Shown here: positions 1 to 12,719 of the stretch, in pieces | Layout of the letters: every line of letters begins with the position of its first letter | Numbering within the stretch: position 1 is the first letter of the stretch | NCBI GenBank assembly: GCA_013265495.1 | Contig: MU058669.1 | Location: 1,435,880-1,499,879 of the forward strand | Direction: 5' to 3' | Source of the DNA: Vicugna vicugna | Lineage: Eukaryota | Length of the DNA: 64,000 bases | Position numbers and translations under genes: made by a program | Notes under the pieces: model-generated | Database searches by the model: none | Told to the model about the DNA's origin: nothing | The model's input: the letters and a program-made list of their open reading frames with translations, nothing else

Positions 1-359
1 AACTGCCTTTTTAATTTTTTTTACCCATTTAGTATATAAACTGTACAATAAATTTGGGATTCATCTAAATTTTTATAAAATCTTTCTCACACAACTTTTC
101 TGCTCCTCAAGACGAGAGTTAGGAGAAATGCATGTTATACTCTGTACAACAGACCAGCTCTGTTGGTACTTAAACTGAATTCTCAGTGGCAATCCAGATA
201 AAGTTCTTTGGTCTTTTTAGTTTCCCTGCCTCCTCTCTCACTGTGTCTGGTTACATGTTCCAATGTTTCGGATATCTCTTTCCAACACTCTGCTTTCTCT
301 TATAAATGTAACTTCCATGACCATTGCCTAGAGAAATGGGAAGTGGATTGGGGAAGGTT

Positions 360-500
360 TGCAGTGCAGGGGAAAGGAGCTGGACTGGGAGTCATGAGAC
401 CTGGGTTTCATGAACAGCGTGGCCAGCATATAGACTACAGAAACTTGGGAAACTTGCTTTCTTTCTCTCATTCCTGGGTTTGTCAGTTGAAAAAGGAGCC
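360..500 (+). mobile_element. MIR SINE fragment
   Basis: ggaaaggagctggactgggagtcatgagacctgggtt...ttgggaaacttgctttctttctctc resembles MIR 5' part and core. Confidence 0.6.
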
Positions 501-739
501 TGAAAGTGACAATGCATGGTTTTCAAACTCCTCAGGGGCCACGCGGAATAGGAACCTGCGGGCTCAATGAAGGCTCTTGGCCTTTCTGTTCTCCCCCACC
601 TTATGTTAACCAGCCCATCTTAGGTTATCTTTCGTTTCTTAGATACTTTCATGCAAAGTGTTCCATAATGTTTTTTAGGATGAATGTCACTGCGTTGCAG
701 TGGTAATGGCTGTGGGTCATTCATGGGTTGAGAACCTCT

Positions 740-960
740 GTGTTCCCTAGCCTGTCCCAGGCTTTTGTATGTGTCACCTCTAATTTTTACAAATTCTTAA
801 AAGATGGTAAAGTACTTCCATCCTCACTTTACATTTGAGAAAACTGAGCCTCAGGGTATTTAAGAAACTTTTCTAATACCAGACAGCCAATAAATGATAG
901 GAATATAATTTTAGCTCCATCCTACAAGACTCAAGAGCCAGAGAAAGTTCCACTTTGCCT
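740..960 (-). mobile_element. MIR SINE
   Basis: catcctcactttacatttgagaaaactgagcctcagggtattaag is the reverse-complement MIR core. Confidence 0.7.
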
Positions 961-1504
961 CCAAATATGACCCTTTTCATTTCCACGTGACTACTATAGC
1001 CAAACATGGTATAATTGTAACTAAACTCAATATAAGGAAAACCTCTGGTGAAGTGTTTTTCTAGAAGGAAGTTGCATTAACATTAGTGACATTTCTCCAT
1101 GCTTGTCTGACCTTTTCTCTTTTCCTCTGGCTCATGACCATGCTCAGAATATAGCTTCAGCCATATAACATTTAAAATGGCATTGCATTTACCGTGTGAA
1201 ACATCTATAGATGCATCAGTTGACTTTGGAGAAATGTGGACAAAAGAATACAGGTTTATAAAAGGAAAAATCCAAATTATTTACCCAAAACAGCATGAAT
1301 ATTACATTTGGAGAAAAGAAGACATGTTTTACTTTGGGAAATAGGTCCTCTATGCATTTGGTATATTTCCACTCCACAGTGAACTTTGATGTCTTTTGTG
1401 TTTTGTAACTTCCCTCTTCCAGCGTCACAGGAGAAAGCTGTCTCTGTTGGCAGGAAGAAAGAAATTTAGTAATGAGCTGGAACCAGAGAATGGCGAACAC
1501 ACAA

Positions 1505-1540
1505 ATGCATGTGCGCGCGCACCCCCCCCCCCCCCCCCCC
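1505..1540. repeat. Alternating purine-pyrimidine tract followed by C19 homopolymer
   Basis: atgcatgtgcgcgcgcac, with C run 1522-1540, read directly. Confidence 0.95.
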
Positions 1541-2154
1541 GCATGCTTTTGTCTCCGAATAGCAGTAATTACTAGTTCTCGGCACCTCTTATTCTTTCTA
1601 CCCTGGGCTGTCAAACTTCTCACCTACCTTTAAAAAAAAATCAACAAAGCCTAATGTTCTTGCTTTTTCAATAAAAAGGCTCCAATTTAAAAGAGCAACC
1701 AAGGAACGTCCAAATACTTTGTCCCGAGTCACCTGGCTTTCAGCCTAAAGCTACATTTTTTTCCTCCTTGTCAGGAGAAAGTGTGAGGGCATGGCTTGAC
1801 TTTCACTACTTTATTAAAACTACTTACTGCTCTTTCCTGATTTTCTGAAGTCTGATTTCCACAGCCAAGCCCTGGCTGTGGTCTCCTTTCCGTGGTTTCT
1901 TGACTCCTCAGAGGGGAAAGTATACCCTGAGGTGAGCCGTGTCTTCTCTCTTCTGCTTCCTGTCTCAGGGAGGCACGACCTGGGATTTCTGAGCATCTTT
2001 TACAATTCTCTGAGCCTCCCCTTCTCTATAAAGCACTGTTTTCTTTAGAAGTGCATGAAGGCAGAAAGCAGACTAGAGTATGACCAAACACTGAACATTT
2101 CATCCCACTCAAGCAGGCAGAGTTAACCCTAGGCAGTGTAGTGATTACCCTGTT

Positions 2155-2254
2155 ACTGCAGTGTAATCATCAAAGGCTTTAGAGGCATATAAGCTGATTT
2201 CAAATCCAGGGTTAATCTTTACTACTAGTTGCGTGTTCTTAAGAAAGTCTTCTT
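2155..2254 (+). mobile_element. MIR, 5' half (split by L1)
   Basis: aaaggctttagaggcatataagctgatttcaaatccagg...actagttgcgtgttcttaagaaagtc; continues at ~8753. Confidence 0.65.
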
Positions 2255-5200
2255 ATTTTTTCTTACATAACATCTTAATTTAAATACAATTCATATGCCA
2301 TAAATTTACCTTTTAGAAGGGTAGTATGTGTTGGTCTGTAAAACACTGAGAGTTGTGTACCCATCACCACCACCCATTTCAAGACTATCTTCATCACCTT
2401 CAGAAAGCAAGCCCTGCTCATCAGTGGCCACATCTCATTCTGTCTCTTTTATCCCCACCCCTGATAACCACTAATCTATGATTTGTCTGTTCTGGACTTT
2501 TCATATAAATGGAATCATGAAATATATGGCCTTTTGTGTCTATGTTCTTTCACTTGGCGTAATATTTGCAAGGTTCCTGTCTCTGGGAGACTATATTAGT
2601 GCTTCACTTCTTCATACCACAGAACAATATTTGATTGTCTGAACACCGTATTTTATCTGTTTATCAGCTGATGGACATTTGGGTTGTTTACGTATATAGC
2701 ATTATGTATAATACTAGTGTGAATGTACATGTACAAGTTTCTGTGGATATATTTTTAGTCCTTTATGTACCTAGAAATGGAATTGCTGGATCATATGATA
2801 ACTCTCCGTTTAATGTTTTGAGGCCTGCAAAACTGTTTTACAAAGTGGCTGCATTCCAGTTTCCCCAAGTTCTCACTGATACTTCTTAATTTCCAGTTGT
2901 CTTATTATTACAGTCTTCCTAGTGGGTATGAATTGGTATTTCATTTTGATTTTGATTTGTGTTTCTCTACTGACTATAGCATTGAGCATCTTTTGTGTGC
3001 TTTCTGGACGTGGCATATCTTCCTTGGAGAAAAGTCAGTTGAAATCCTTTGTCCATTTTTAAATTGGGTTGTTTGTCTTGTTATTAAGTTGCAAGAGCTC
3101 TTTATATATTCTAGATAAAAGTACCTCATCAGATAAATGATTTGCATATATATTTTCTCTGATTCTGTGTGCTTATTCTATTGATATCCTTTCAAGCAAA
3201 ATTTTTAAAATTTTGGCAAAGCTCAATTGAATTTGTTTTTGTTGCTTGTGTTGCCAGTGTTGAATCTAAGAACCTGTTGCCTAATCCAGTGCCATGAATA
3301 TTTACCCTGTATTTTTTTCTAATACTTTTTGTAGTTTCAGCACTTATGCCTAGATCTATGGTGTATTTTAATTTTTGTGTATGGAATGAAAAAGGAGACT
3401 AACTTCATTTTTTTTATGCATGTGGCTATCCAGTTCTGCTGACACTGTTGGCTGAAAAGATTATTCTGTCATTGAATTGTCTTGTCAAAAATTAGTTGAC
3501 CATCATGTAATGTTTTATTTCTGAACCCTCAATTCTGTTCACTGATCTCTATGTCAATTCTATGCCAGTACCACACTGTCTTGATTACTGGTTTTTTTTG
3601 TAGTAAATTTGGACAGATGGTTTTGACTATTCAGGGTCCCTTGCGTTTTCACACGCATTTTAGAATCAGCTTGTCAGTCCCCCCCCCCCAGAGTCTTCAG
3701 ATCCATGAACATGAGATGTCTTTCCATTTATTAAGGTCTTCTGAAATTTTATTTAATGGCGTTTCATAGTTTTGGTATAAAAGTCTTATACTTTGTCAAA
3801 TTTATTGTTGTATAGTGTATTTTTTGGACGCCTTTGTAAACTGATTTCTCAGTTTCATTTTGAGATTATTCATTGTTATTTTATAAAGAGATCATTGACT
3901 TTTGTGTAGCCCTGTTGTATCCTGAAGCCTTCCTAAAACATGTATATTAACATTAATACTTTTTTCTTGTTTCCTTAGAATTTTCTTTATATAAAATAAT
4001 GTCAACTTCAAATAGAGATACATTTTTACTTCTTTTTTCTAATCTAGATGCTATTTTTCCTTTTTCTTGCCCAAATTCCTCGTCTGAAACCTCCACTACA
4101 ACGTGAATAGAAGTGGCAAGAGCAGGCACTCTTGTCTTGTTCCTGATCTTAGAGGCAGAGTTTTTAATCTCTCACCACTAAATATGATTTCAGTCCTGGG
4201 ACCTTTGTAGATGCCTGTGTTTCTTGAAGCTACTATTACCACAAACCTGGTGACTTAAGACAACACAAATACATTCTCTCACAGACTTAAAGCTCAAAAT
4301 CTGGTAGGGATGCACTCCTTCAGGGGGCGCTAATGGAAAAATCTATTCCTTTTTCAGCTTCTGGTGATTTCCTGTGTACCTAGGCTCGTGGCTACGTTGC
4401 TCTCATCTCTGCCTCCATCTTCATGTCCTCTTCTCTGCTGTGTGTGTATCTTACAGGAATACGTGTGACTGCATTAGGACCTACCTGAATAATCCACAAG
4501 ATCCTCCTCCCAAGATCCTTAACTCAGTTACACATATTGCCATATACGATAATACTCTTTTCCATATAAGGTACAATGTACAGGTTCAAGTGATTAGGGT
4601 GCAGACATGTCTCTCTGGGTGTCACCATTCAGCCTATTACATTGCCCTGTATCAGGCTGGGGAAGTTCCCTTCTGTTCTTGGGTTGTTGAGATTTATGTT
4701 GTATTTTCTTATGGAAGGAAGTTGAATTTTGCAACACTATGTCTCGACATCAATTGAAATGAGCATGTGATTTTATTGGCTCTTTCCAGTTTAATGTGTT
4801 GTATTACATCCATTATCTTTGGTATGTTAAAACAACCTTGCGTTCCTAAGACAAATCCCTTTTGGTTGTACTATATCATCTTTTCTGTGTCACTGGATTC
4901 ATTTTGATGATACTATGTTGAGGATTTGTGTATCTATATTCATGAAGGATAAGGCCTCTGGTTCTTTTTTGTTGTGTCTTTTCCTGGTTTTTGTATTGGA
5001 GAGATACTGTCTCAAGATGTGAATTGGAGAGTGTTCAGCTCTCTCCTAAGTTTTGGAAGAGTTCGTTTGAGATTTATATTAATTCTTCTTTAAACACTTG
5101 GTAGAATTCAGCCATGAAACCATCTGTCCCTGGACTTTTCCTCGTGGACAGGTGTTTGTTTACTAATTGAATGTCTTGTTACTGATCTAGTCATACTTAT

Positions 5201-8200
5201 TTCTTGATTAAGTTTCATTTGTTTGTATCTCTCTAGGAAATTGTCCTTTTCATTTAAGTGAGTTAATTTGCTGGCTTATAATACTATAGTATTCCATTAT
5301 AATCTTTTAAAAAAATTCTGATAAGGTGGTAATGATATCTCCTATTTAATTCCTGATTTTAGTAAATAGATTCTTCTTTCCCTCTCCTTCCCCCACCCCA
5401 CTTTAGTCATTCTAGCTAAAGGTTAGTCAGTGTTGTTGATATTTTCAAAGAAACAACTTCTAGTTTTATTATGTTCTTATTTTCTGTATTTCATTTCTAC
5501 TTAAAAATTTTTTTTATTCCTCAGTTTTTTATTATTTTCCTTTATTTCACTCGCTTTGAGTTTAGTTTCCTTTTTTTTTAACTTAAAGTCATCTTAAGGT
5601 GAAGGGTTAGGTTATTAATTTGAGATCTTTTATCTTTTTAATATAAATATGGACAGCTGTAAATTTCCCTCTAACTACTGCTTTAGCTAAATTGTGTAAG
5701 CCTTGGTTATGTTTTCATCTTCAAAGTGTTTTCTAATTTCCTTTGTGATTTTGTCTTGGACACATTGTTTATTTAGAAGTTTGTTGTTTTAATTCTCATG
5801 AGTTTTTGAAGTTAACAGATATTCTTCTGTTATTTGTAATTTCAATTCATTGCAATTAAAGAACAAATGTATACTTTTATTATTTTGATATTTACTGAGA
5901 TTTGCTTAATGGCCTCACACATGCTTAGCCTGGAGACTATTCTGTGTGTTCCTGAGAAGAATATATATTTTGCTATTGTTACATGGCCTGTTGTATAGAT
6001 GGCTGTCAGATACAGCTGGCTTATGGGGTTATTTATAATTGTTATGAATTCTACTAGGTTGACATTTTATTACTGTATAATGTCTTTTGACTCTAAAAAC
6101 AATTTTTGTTTTAAAGTCTGTCTGACATCAGTGTAGCCACTCCAGCTCTTTTTTCTTTGCCTTTTTTAATTTTTACAACTTGTTTTATGCCTGCTTTTTG
6201 AATTTCTACTTGCATGTTATATTTTTTCAAATCTTTTTGCTTTCAGTATATTTGTGTTTTTGAATTTAAGGTGTCTCTTGGAGACAGCATAGAGTTGGAT
6301 ACTGTTTTATAATCTGCTTTGCTAATCTCTGTATTTTAATTGGAGTGTTCAGCCCATTTAACTTTAATGTTATTGCAATTATGTCTGCCATTTTATTGTT
6401 TTCTATATGTCTTATGTCTTGTCCCTCCACTGTTCCTCTGTTGCTGCTTTCTATTGTAGTACACAGGTATTTTATAGTATACTATTTTAATTTCCTTATT
6501 GTTTGTTTTACTCTATATATTTTGGTTATTTTCTGAGTGGCTTCTCTGGAGCAGTTAACATCTTAACTTCAACCTAATTTAAATTAATAGCAAATTAATT
6601 TCAGTTTGTACTCAAAACCTTTGCTCCATTTCCTATTCCATCTTTTGTACTCTTATCATACAAATAACTTACTTATATATTATAAATCCCAAAACACAGT
6701 TTTATAATTATTGCTTTGTACAGTGATCTTATAAATCAAATAGAGAAAGAAAAGAGTTAAAAACAAAAAATATATTTGTACTGTCTTTTATATTTTTATA
6801 TGCATTTACCTTTACCAGTGCTTGCTACTTTATCATGGGGATTCAAGTTACTGTCTAGTGTCTTTAAACTTCAGCCTAAAGGACTTTTTTTAGTGTGTGT
6901 TGTAGAGCAAGCAGGTCTACTAGTAATAAATTACCTCAGATTTTGTCTTTCTTGGCAATGTCACAATTTTTCCTTAATCTTAAAAGGATAGTTTGGCATA
7001 TATAGAATTCTTGGTTGGTGGTATTTTAATTTAAGCACTTGGGAAATGTCGTCTTACTGTCTTCTGGTTTTGATGAGCAGTCAGCTGTTAATCTTACTGA
7101 TGATCCTGTGAAGGTGGTGAATCCTGTTTCCCTTGCTGATGTCAATATTCTCTGTTTTGTACTTTGAAAAGTTTGACTATAATGTCTCTAGATGTGAATC
7201 TCTTTGAATTTATCCTTCTTGGACTTCATTAAGCTTCTTAAACATGCACTTGAATATTTTAAAATAAATTTTGGGAAATAATTGAAATAATCTTCAATTA
7301 TTCTTTCTGTCTCTTTCTCTTCTCTCTCCTTCCCTTCTAGTTCTCCCATTTTGCCAGGTTTTGTTTGTTTCTCTTCATTCTTTTTTCTTTCTTTTCCTCA
7401 GACTGGATAATCTCAGGTAACCTGTCTTCTAGTTCGTCTGCCTTCTCTCACTTTCAGATAGGCTGTTGGGCACTTTCACTAAATTTTTTCAGTTATTTTT
7501 TTCTATTTAGCTCCAGAATGTTTTTGTGCCCACTTATCTCTTTATTGATATGGTCACTTGGTGAGACATTAATTGATTTTAATTATTTTTCTTTAGCTCT
7601 TTGAGCACATCTGAAATAAGTGATTTAAAGTCTTTGTCTAGTAAGGCCAACATCTGGGCTCCCTTAGGAACTACTGACTGCTTTTTACATTCTCTGTGTA
7701 TGAGTTATACTTTCCTGTTTTTTTGTTTGTCTCTTAATTTTGTGCTGGAAACTAGACATTTTAAATAATATGATGTAGTAACTCTAGAAATTAAATTCTC
7801 TCCCTTCCCAGGATTTATTACCATTGCTGCTTGTTTGTTTAGTGACTCCTAGACTAACTTAATGTCTGCTCTCTTTGTCATGTGTGGTCACTGAAGTGTC
7901 TCTGCTCAGCTTAGTAGACAGATACTTCCTTCAGTGCCTCAAACCAATGAATTAATTAATCCGTCTTTGCCGAGGGGGGTCTGTCTGTTGGTTAGAGGCT
8001 ACGTTCAGCACTGCAGCAGCAGTTGGCAACTCTGCCTTAACGTTTACATTCTGCTGGTGAAGTGCCTCCAAGTCAGCCAGATACCTTCAGTCTTTCCTTG
8101 GCTTGCCCACAGCCCTGTGCTTGCAGTGGTATTGTAGGTTCCCAGGAGTATGTGAGGGCTTTACCACGTCTCCTGTGAACATTTATTTTTGCTCCAGTTC

Positions 8201-8752
8201 CCTCTTAGGCTTTTTAGGTACTCTTATTACTCACACTGGTAAGGCCACCCCAGGCAGTAGCAATATCAGACCATTGCAGCTGACTGTTTTTTCACAAATG
8301 CCCTGTGGGCAGGGCTCTTAACACCAAGTGAGCCCTGAGTGAGGTCAAATAAAGATAAGCCTTGAGAATAGGACTTTTCATTATAGTAGCTACCAGACAG
8401 GTCAAATAAAGTGACAGTTGTTTGGAGATGAGCTTTTTAGGGCTCTCCAAGTCCATTCTGGCCCCTTCAGTGGCTTCTATGCTGCTGGTGTTCATAACTA
8501 CTATACTTGTAAGTTGGTTTTCCAGGCTGCCATGTTTCTGGGAAGATGGGGATAGGAAGAGGGCAAGTTAAAATGCCACAAGCTTGTTATTGTTACAAAG
8601 ATTCTTAAATAAACCCTCCTCAGATTGTTGCAAGTCTTTAGTTAATTTCCAGAGTTCTGAGAATGCTGATTTGTGGTAGTGTTTGCCAGATCCTCCCTCC
8701 TTTTATTGGGGAGCTGATTTTTCAGAGGTCCTTTTCCTGCCATTCTAGAAGT
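2255..8752 (-). mobile_element. Ancient near-full-length LINE-1 (L1MB-type 3' end, L1M4-type body and 5' end), decayed
   Basis: L1MB-like 3' UTR (ccatcaccaccacccatttcaag...catataaatggaatcat), continuous antisense ORF2/ORF1-like sequence (aatagaagtggcaagagcaggcactcttgtcttgttcctgatcttagagg), 5'-UTR-like end ctgccattctagaagt; no intact ORF. Confidence 0.9.
4216..4641 (-). mobile_element. MaLR solo LTR (MLT1B/C/D-like) inserted in the L1
   Basis: TG...CA ends (tgtgtttc...cagcctattaca), ttaccacaaacctggtgacttaagacaacac motif, 5-bp TSD atgcc/ttgcc; L1 resumes seamlessly. Confidence 0.9.
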
Positions 8753-8910
8753 AATTTCTGAATTTACTGAGTATTAGTTTGTTCTTCTGTAAAATGGAAA
8801 TAGTAACAAGTATGTCATAAAAATCATTGAAGTATTTAATGAGGTAATGTGGGTAAGGGACTCACATAAACCCTGAGACATCATAGGCGTGTTACCAAAG
8901 TTGTTGCTTT
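8753..8910 (+). mobile_element. MIR, 3' half (split by L1)
   Basis: ctgagtattagtttgttcttctgtaaaatggaaatagtaac...ttaatgaggtaatgtgggtaagg matches MIR core and tail. Confidence 0.75.
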
Positions 8911-9006
8911 TCTTCTTTCCTCAGCTGAAAGATTGATGTGGTGATGACACAGTTGGATTTTGATGACCTAACATTGTACTTTTTTTCTAGAAACTTGTCT
9001 CCACTT

Positions 9007-9560
9007 ATATTAGTCAGAAACTTGTCCACTAGTGGCAAATGATAGAAACTTGATTTAATTGGTTAAAATCAAAGCAAAGGATTTATTACCTCACATATCT
9101 GAAAAATTCATTTGTCTAGTGACCTCAGGTACTGTTGGATCCAGGTGTTCCATGTTGTCAGACATTAACTCTAAGCAACTTCACTTCATTTTTGACTTTA
9201 TTGTTAGGTAGACGCTTGTCTTATGATAACAATACGTTAACCGGCAACAACAGTCCAACATTCCAGCTGATCTGGATCTCCAGTGGAAAGGAATCACCTC
9301 TTTCTCATTATTTATAGCATAAGTTTTGAGATTAATCTGTTTGGGTCTATTTAGTGCATATGTTTATTCCTACACACATCACTGTTTCAGGGAAATTACA
9401 TGTGCCAGTTGGGCCAGTAGAGGTTGTATCTCATCAGAGCTAGGAATGAAGTCGGTCAAACTCATCTGTGTGGTCTGAGGGAGGAGGAGGAGTACTTTTT
9501 CAAAGGGTAATTTGATGCTGGGAAGGAAGATACAATAGCTCCTCCTAAGCAAAACAGTTC
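9007..9560 (-). mobile_element. Old MaLR LTR (MLT1K/L-like)
   Basis: tatattagtcag...gcaaatgatagaaacttgatttaattggttaaaatcaaagcaaaggatttatt and ctcaggtactgttggatccagg motifs. Confidence 0.75.
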
Positions 9561-9869
9561 ATCTTGTCCATTTCCATTTCCTCCTCTCCAGTTTAAGGAG
9601 TTGTTAGAAGTATGTATTTCCACTGGAGAGAGAGGTGCACTGTGTATCCATGGAACAGGGATCATGCATGACGCAGGACATAAAGGAAGCCAAGAGCACA
9701 GTACTGCTGTTGAGTCTGTTGTAGGTAGAGAGGAAAAGAGATGAATGAATACTGGAGCCATCATGAATGTTTGTTCATGAAGGAAGTGAGACTTGACCCA
9801 GTCTCTGAAGGATCGCCATTTATAAGTGCGCAGAGGAAGAGAAAACCTGGCCTCTGTAGGGCTGTGAGT

Positions 9870-10110
9870 GATAATGGTAATGATGAGATTCATTTACTGT
9901 GTGTTCTGAGCCAGGCCCTGCCAATGTGTTAAATGGTTTACCTGCTTTCTCTCATATTTTGACAGTGTGTCCACTATTATTATCCCTGCTTAATAGATAA
10001 CAAAAATAAGGCTTGGATACTTTTTTTTTTGTTTTTTAATTATGCGAGTTTGCTGAGCTACTAAATGGGAAGCCCATTTTAAACCATGCACTGTGAATCC
10101 AGCCTTTCCA
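9870..10110 (-). mobile_element. MIR SINE
   Basis: catttactgtgtgttctgagccaggccctg...ctattattatccctgcttaatagataac. Confidence 0.7.
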
Positions 10111-10337
10111 CCCTCTACTCTGGCCCTCAGAACACACATTTACGCATTCACTTGAATACATACCTCACATTGGTCCTCAAGCCCACCTTGGTCCAAATAC
10201 TGCTGCTTTGAAATTGAATGGAATCTTATCCCCTAACATTTCAGTTTCTCAGCCTTCACTGAGCTCTTGCCCCACACTTAAGGGGCCCACAAAATGATAC
10301 CTTGTAAAAGCTGAAAGCATCTTCAAAGATCATCTAG

Positions 10338-10510
10338 CCCAGATATTTTCCAATGTTATTGTCCATAAAAATCCTGCAGATAGTATATAAAAATGTAAAT
10401 TGTTCATTCTAGTTAGAATTCTTGAGTTGGTGTGGCATCCTGGAACATTCAGCTTTTGTCAAGCTCAGCAGTTAACTCTGGTACATTATAGCATTTGAGG
10501 ATTTATGACC
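10338..10510. mobile_element. MER5-family hAT-Charlie MITE
   Basis: cagatattttccaatg...ataaaaatgtaaatt...agaattcttgagttggtg...tttgagg pattern. Confidence 0.55.
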
Positions 10511-10517
10511 TACTCCA

Positions 10518-10680
10518 CCTGGTTCTCAAGCCTGCTTGCACCTGGGAAGAATTTTTTAAATTATGACACTTCAGTCGTATTTCTAGAATTGAAATTTAAT
10601 TTATCTGGTGTAGGGCTGATCAGCCTTTTCTTTTTAAGCTACCTTGGTTGTTTTAATGTACATCTAGGATTGAGAAAATT
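10518..10680. mobile_element. MER5B-like hAT-Charlie MITE
   Basis: ctggttctcaagcctgcttgcacctggg...tttaatttatctggtgtagggc...ttttaatgtacatctaggattgagaa. Confidence 0.7.
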
Positions 10681-10684
10681 AATC

Positions 10685-10800
10685 CATTCCTTTTACAGAT
10701 ATAAAAACTGAGAAGAAGCAAGAGGAAGAAAAGTGCCCTAAGTCATATGGCCCATTGGTGGCAGAGCCAGAACACGAACCTTAGTTTGCCTGTCTCCTTG
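10685..10800 (-). mobile_element. MIR SINE fragment
   Basis: ttttacagatataaaaactgag...gccctaagtcatatggcccattggtggcagagccagaacacgaacc. Confidence 0.75.
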
Positions 10801-11579
10801 CTGAGGATTCTTCCTTAAAACTGTCTCAGATCATGTCATTTCCCTGAAATGACCTTTCTCTCTGCCTTGACCACACATTCATGCAGACATGTGTCACATG
10901 ATTGGTGCCCTCAGGCCTCAGGGGAGCTCAGTTCTAGAAGAGGGACAAGAAAGGGGAGTGAGAAGCCCCTTAAAACTATTCCAGGTCAGCTGAGGCTGTC
11001 AAGGTAGAGACTTCTCATGACTGGATGTCAACACTCAGCTTTAACCTCATCCACTGAAGTCTTTGACAAGTTCTTCTATCCTCCCTAGGAAGTAGTTTGA
11101 AATATACAGTCCCTTTAGATCATTCTTTGTCCTAGCCACTGTGCTAACTTAGCAGATTATCTCTGGGTATCTAAGAAATGGATAGTTAAAATCTTCGTGC
11201 GATTTCATTGTGTTTTCTATATGTATTTTACTTTCATGGATCTAGGCTCTGCTGACCCATTCTGTGGCTCTGTCCAACTGCTGAAGGCGGCTTGCATTCT
11301 GAACCCTAGTGTAGCACATGCTGCGTGCTTCTGAGTTACGGAAGGAAGGAAGGGAGCTTCCTTTACTGGCATTTAAAGTACTTCTTTCTCCTAAGGGAAA
11401 AACTAATGGAGGTCTTAGATAAGAGGAGAGCCCTATGCTGTTTATTGGGTAGTCAATAGATTTATTTTTGCTTGCTTGAGGAGTGGGAAAGGGAGCAGAC
11501 TCAAGAAAGACCTTATTATCTCCTTTCAGCTCCTAGACTTGGTATGAATATTTCCTTCTAAAACAACTTGTCTCTGCCT

Positions 11580-11985
11580 TGAGAAGTGAGTTGCCATGAA
11601 GCAACATGGGAATGGCAAGTTGGCAGTGAATGACACAGGAAGAAATTCATAGTGTCATAGTCATGTCAAACATTTAATTATTCATTTTTTCAAGCAAAAT
11701 AATTCCAAAGGACTGTCATGGTTATGGATCACAGAGACACACAAATTAAGAGGCAGTGTGACATGAAAAGAAGAGTATAAAGCTAACCCAGTGGGGTAAA
11801 ATTACAGCAGACAACTCTTAGTTGGGAGATAGAAATCTGTTGACTATGTCAACTTTCAGGCCCGCTCCACCTTTTATATAGTGCAGTGGCAAAGTATACC
11901 GGAGAGGTCAATGAATTCACCAGTTTTTCGGTCTTTAAAGTGAGGAACGACTTTAGACTAACTCTAAAGTTCCTCCTAGCTTTGG
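11580..11985 (+). mobile_element. L3/CR1 LINE 3' fragment
   Basis: aaaggactgtcatgg, cccagtggggtaaaattacagcagacaa, gagaggtcaatgaattcacc...ctctaaagttcctcctagcttt occur in L3 3'-end order. Confidence 0.6.
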
Positions 11986-12459
11986 TAACCAGTGATTTGT
12001 GGCATGATGCAAACTCTCAAAACTGCTTCTCAGGGATCTCATGTCCTCAGTGACATCCAGTGAGTGACTGAGGACCACGTTGGGTGGGTTATGCTGGGAC
12101 GGTGACTGAACTTTGACACTCTGTATACATTTTCTCATGAAGTACTCAGATCCTTCGAACATAGTGGTATCATCTCATTTCCTAGGTGAAAAATAAACAA
12201 AGGCTCAGAAGGATTTACCCAGCTGCCAATAACCCTGAGCATACCAAAAGTGAGTCTAGTCCAATGGAACAGAATTAAGTAGTGAAAGTTTCTTACAGAA
12301 GGTATCACAATGAAACACAATGAACTGAAAAATCATTCTGGACATATCAGCAATACTTAATGATGTTTTCAGCGAAAATGGTGTATAGACTCCAAGCACA
12401 TGTTGACAAGAAATAGTGGAACACAATAATGGGGAGAAGAAGGAAGAAATGGAACGGCC

Positions 12460-12710
12460 AAGTTCCTGAATATCTCCTTCTCACCAGACACTGTATATAA
12501 TTCCTCCAATGGACCAACTTTTTTACTCTCTACATTAACATAAATCATATGAGGTTGGTTCTATGGACCACATTTTCAGGTGGGAAAGAAAAATAGGTTT
12601 AAAGTGGCAGGAAGCCAGTTGTCCAGCTTACACAACAGACTGATGGCGAAGCTGAGTCAGCCCCAAGGAGTCTAGCACTGACATGTGTATACTTTGCCAC
12701 TGCACTGTAT
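12460..12710 (-). mobile_element. MIR SINE
   Basis: tatgaggttggttctatggaccacattttcaggtgggaaag...gtccagcttacacaacagactgatggcgaagctg. Confidence 0.65.
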
Positions 12711-12719
12711 AAAAGAAAG

